Source of the DNA: the human T2T-CHM13v2.0 reference genome, Homo sapiens
DNA length: 64,000 nt
Direction: 5' to 3' (one strand)
Assembly (NCBI RefSeq): GCF_009914755.1
Contig: NC_060940.1
Shown here: positions 63,293 to 64,000 of the stretch, piece by piece
Layout: every line of letters begins with the position of its first letter
Numbering within the stretch: the first letter of the stretch is position 1
Made by a program: the position numbers and the translations under genes
The notes under the pieces: model-generated
What the model saw: the letters and a program-made list of their open reading frames with translations, nothing else
What the model was told of the DNA's origin: nothing
Database searches by the model: none

Positions 63293-63716
63293 CCAGGCCT
63301 CCACGCTCCCCAGTGTCTCTAACCACCATTCTGGTTTGTTGCCGCCTCCTTCTCTAACCCGGTGGAAGATCGCTCCGGGATCCTCTTCTCATTCTCTAAG
63401 CACTCCCTAAGCATTCTCATCAGCTTCAGGCTAAACTTCCAAATCAGTGTCACCAACCCTGACCTCTCAAGGCTCCCAATTCAGACTTCCAACTGCCCCC
63501 TGAATAATCCCACTGAGATGCACCCGCAGATGCTCACACTTCCAGTCCCGCACTGCTCTGCCTTCTAGATGCTGGTTAACAGCATTGCTGCACAGCTGGC
63601 TTCCCAAGCTGGGAATGCAGCCCCCTCTCTCCCACCACACTTGTCATTGTTTTAGTTTAGGTCCTCATCACCTGTCTCACTGTCTCATGTGGTTGTTCAT
63701 AAAGTCTGTTTCTCTT

Positions 63717-64000
<284 letters not shown>

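Noticed and set aside
62810-63410. Several Tyr/Ile-rich ORFs
   Set aside because: Translations of a dinucleotide repeat

Overview
Human (primate) genomic DNA recognisable as the 16p11.2 SULT1A1/SULT1A2/SGF29 segmental-duplication cluster, shown with the SULT genes on +. From left to right it contains: a 5'-truncated L1PA; a partial MPV17L duplicate (CpG island, exons 1-2, broken ORF but a new in-frame ATG that can splice in frame into SULT1A1 exon 5); an Alu/LTR13 block; and two tandem ~13-kb units, each made of [SGF29 3' remnant (-) | SLX1 pseudogene (+) | SULT1A gene (+)], carrying intact SULT1A1 (His213, *2-type) and intact SULT1A2 (Thr7/Thr235, *2-type). Functional SGF29/CCDC101 follows on the minus strand (coding exons 35989-46627), converging on SULT1A2. 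The rest is repeat-rich intron (Alu, old L1, MaLR provirus, MLT1, MLT2, ERV1 LTRs, simple repeats). Most ORFs in the supplied track are Alu or simple-repeat artefacts. The most interesting signals are the MPV17L::SULT1A1 chimeric frame, the decayed SLX1 copies, the ~3.5-kb near-identical repeats flanking SULT1A1, and fold-back templated-insertion scars. All alignments were done by eye, and reference sequences and repeat family names are recalled, not searched.
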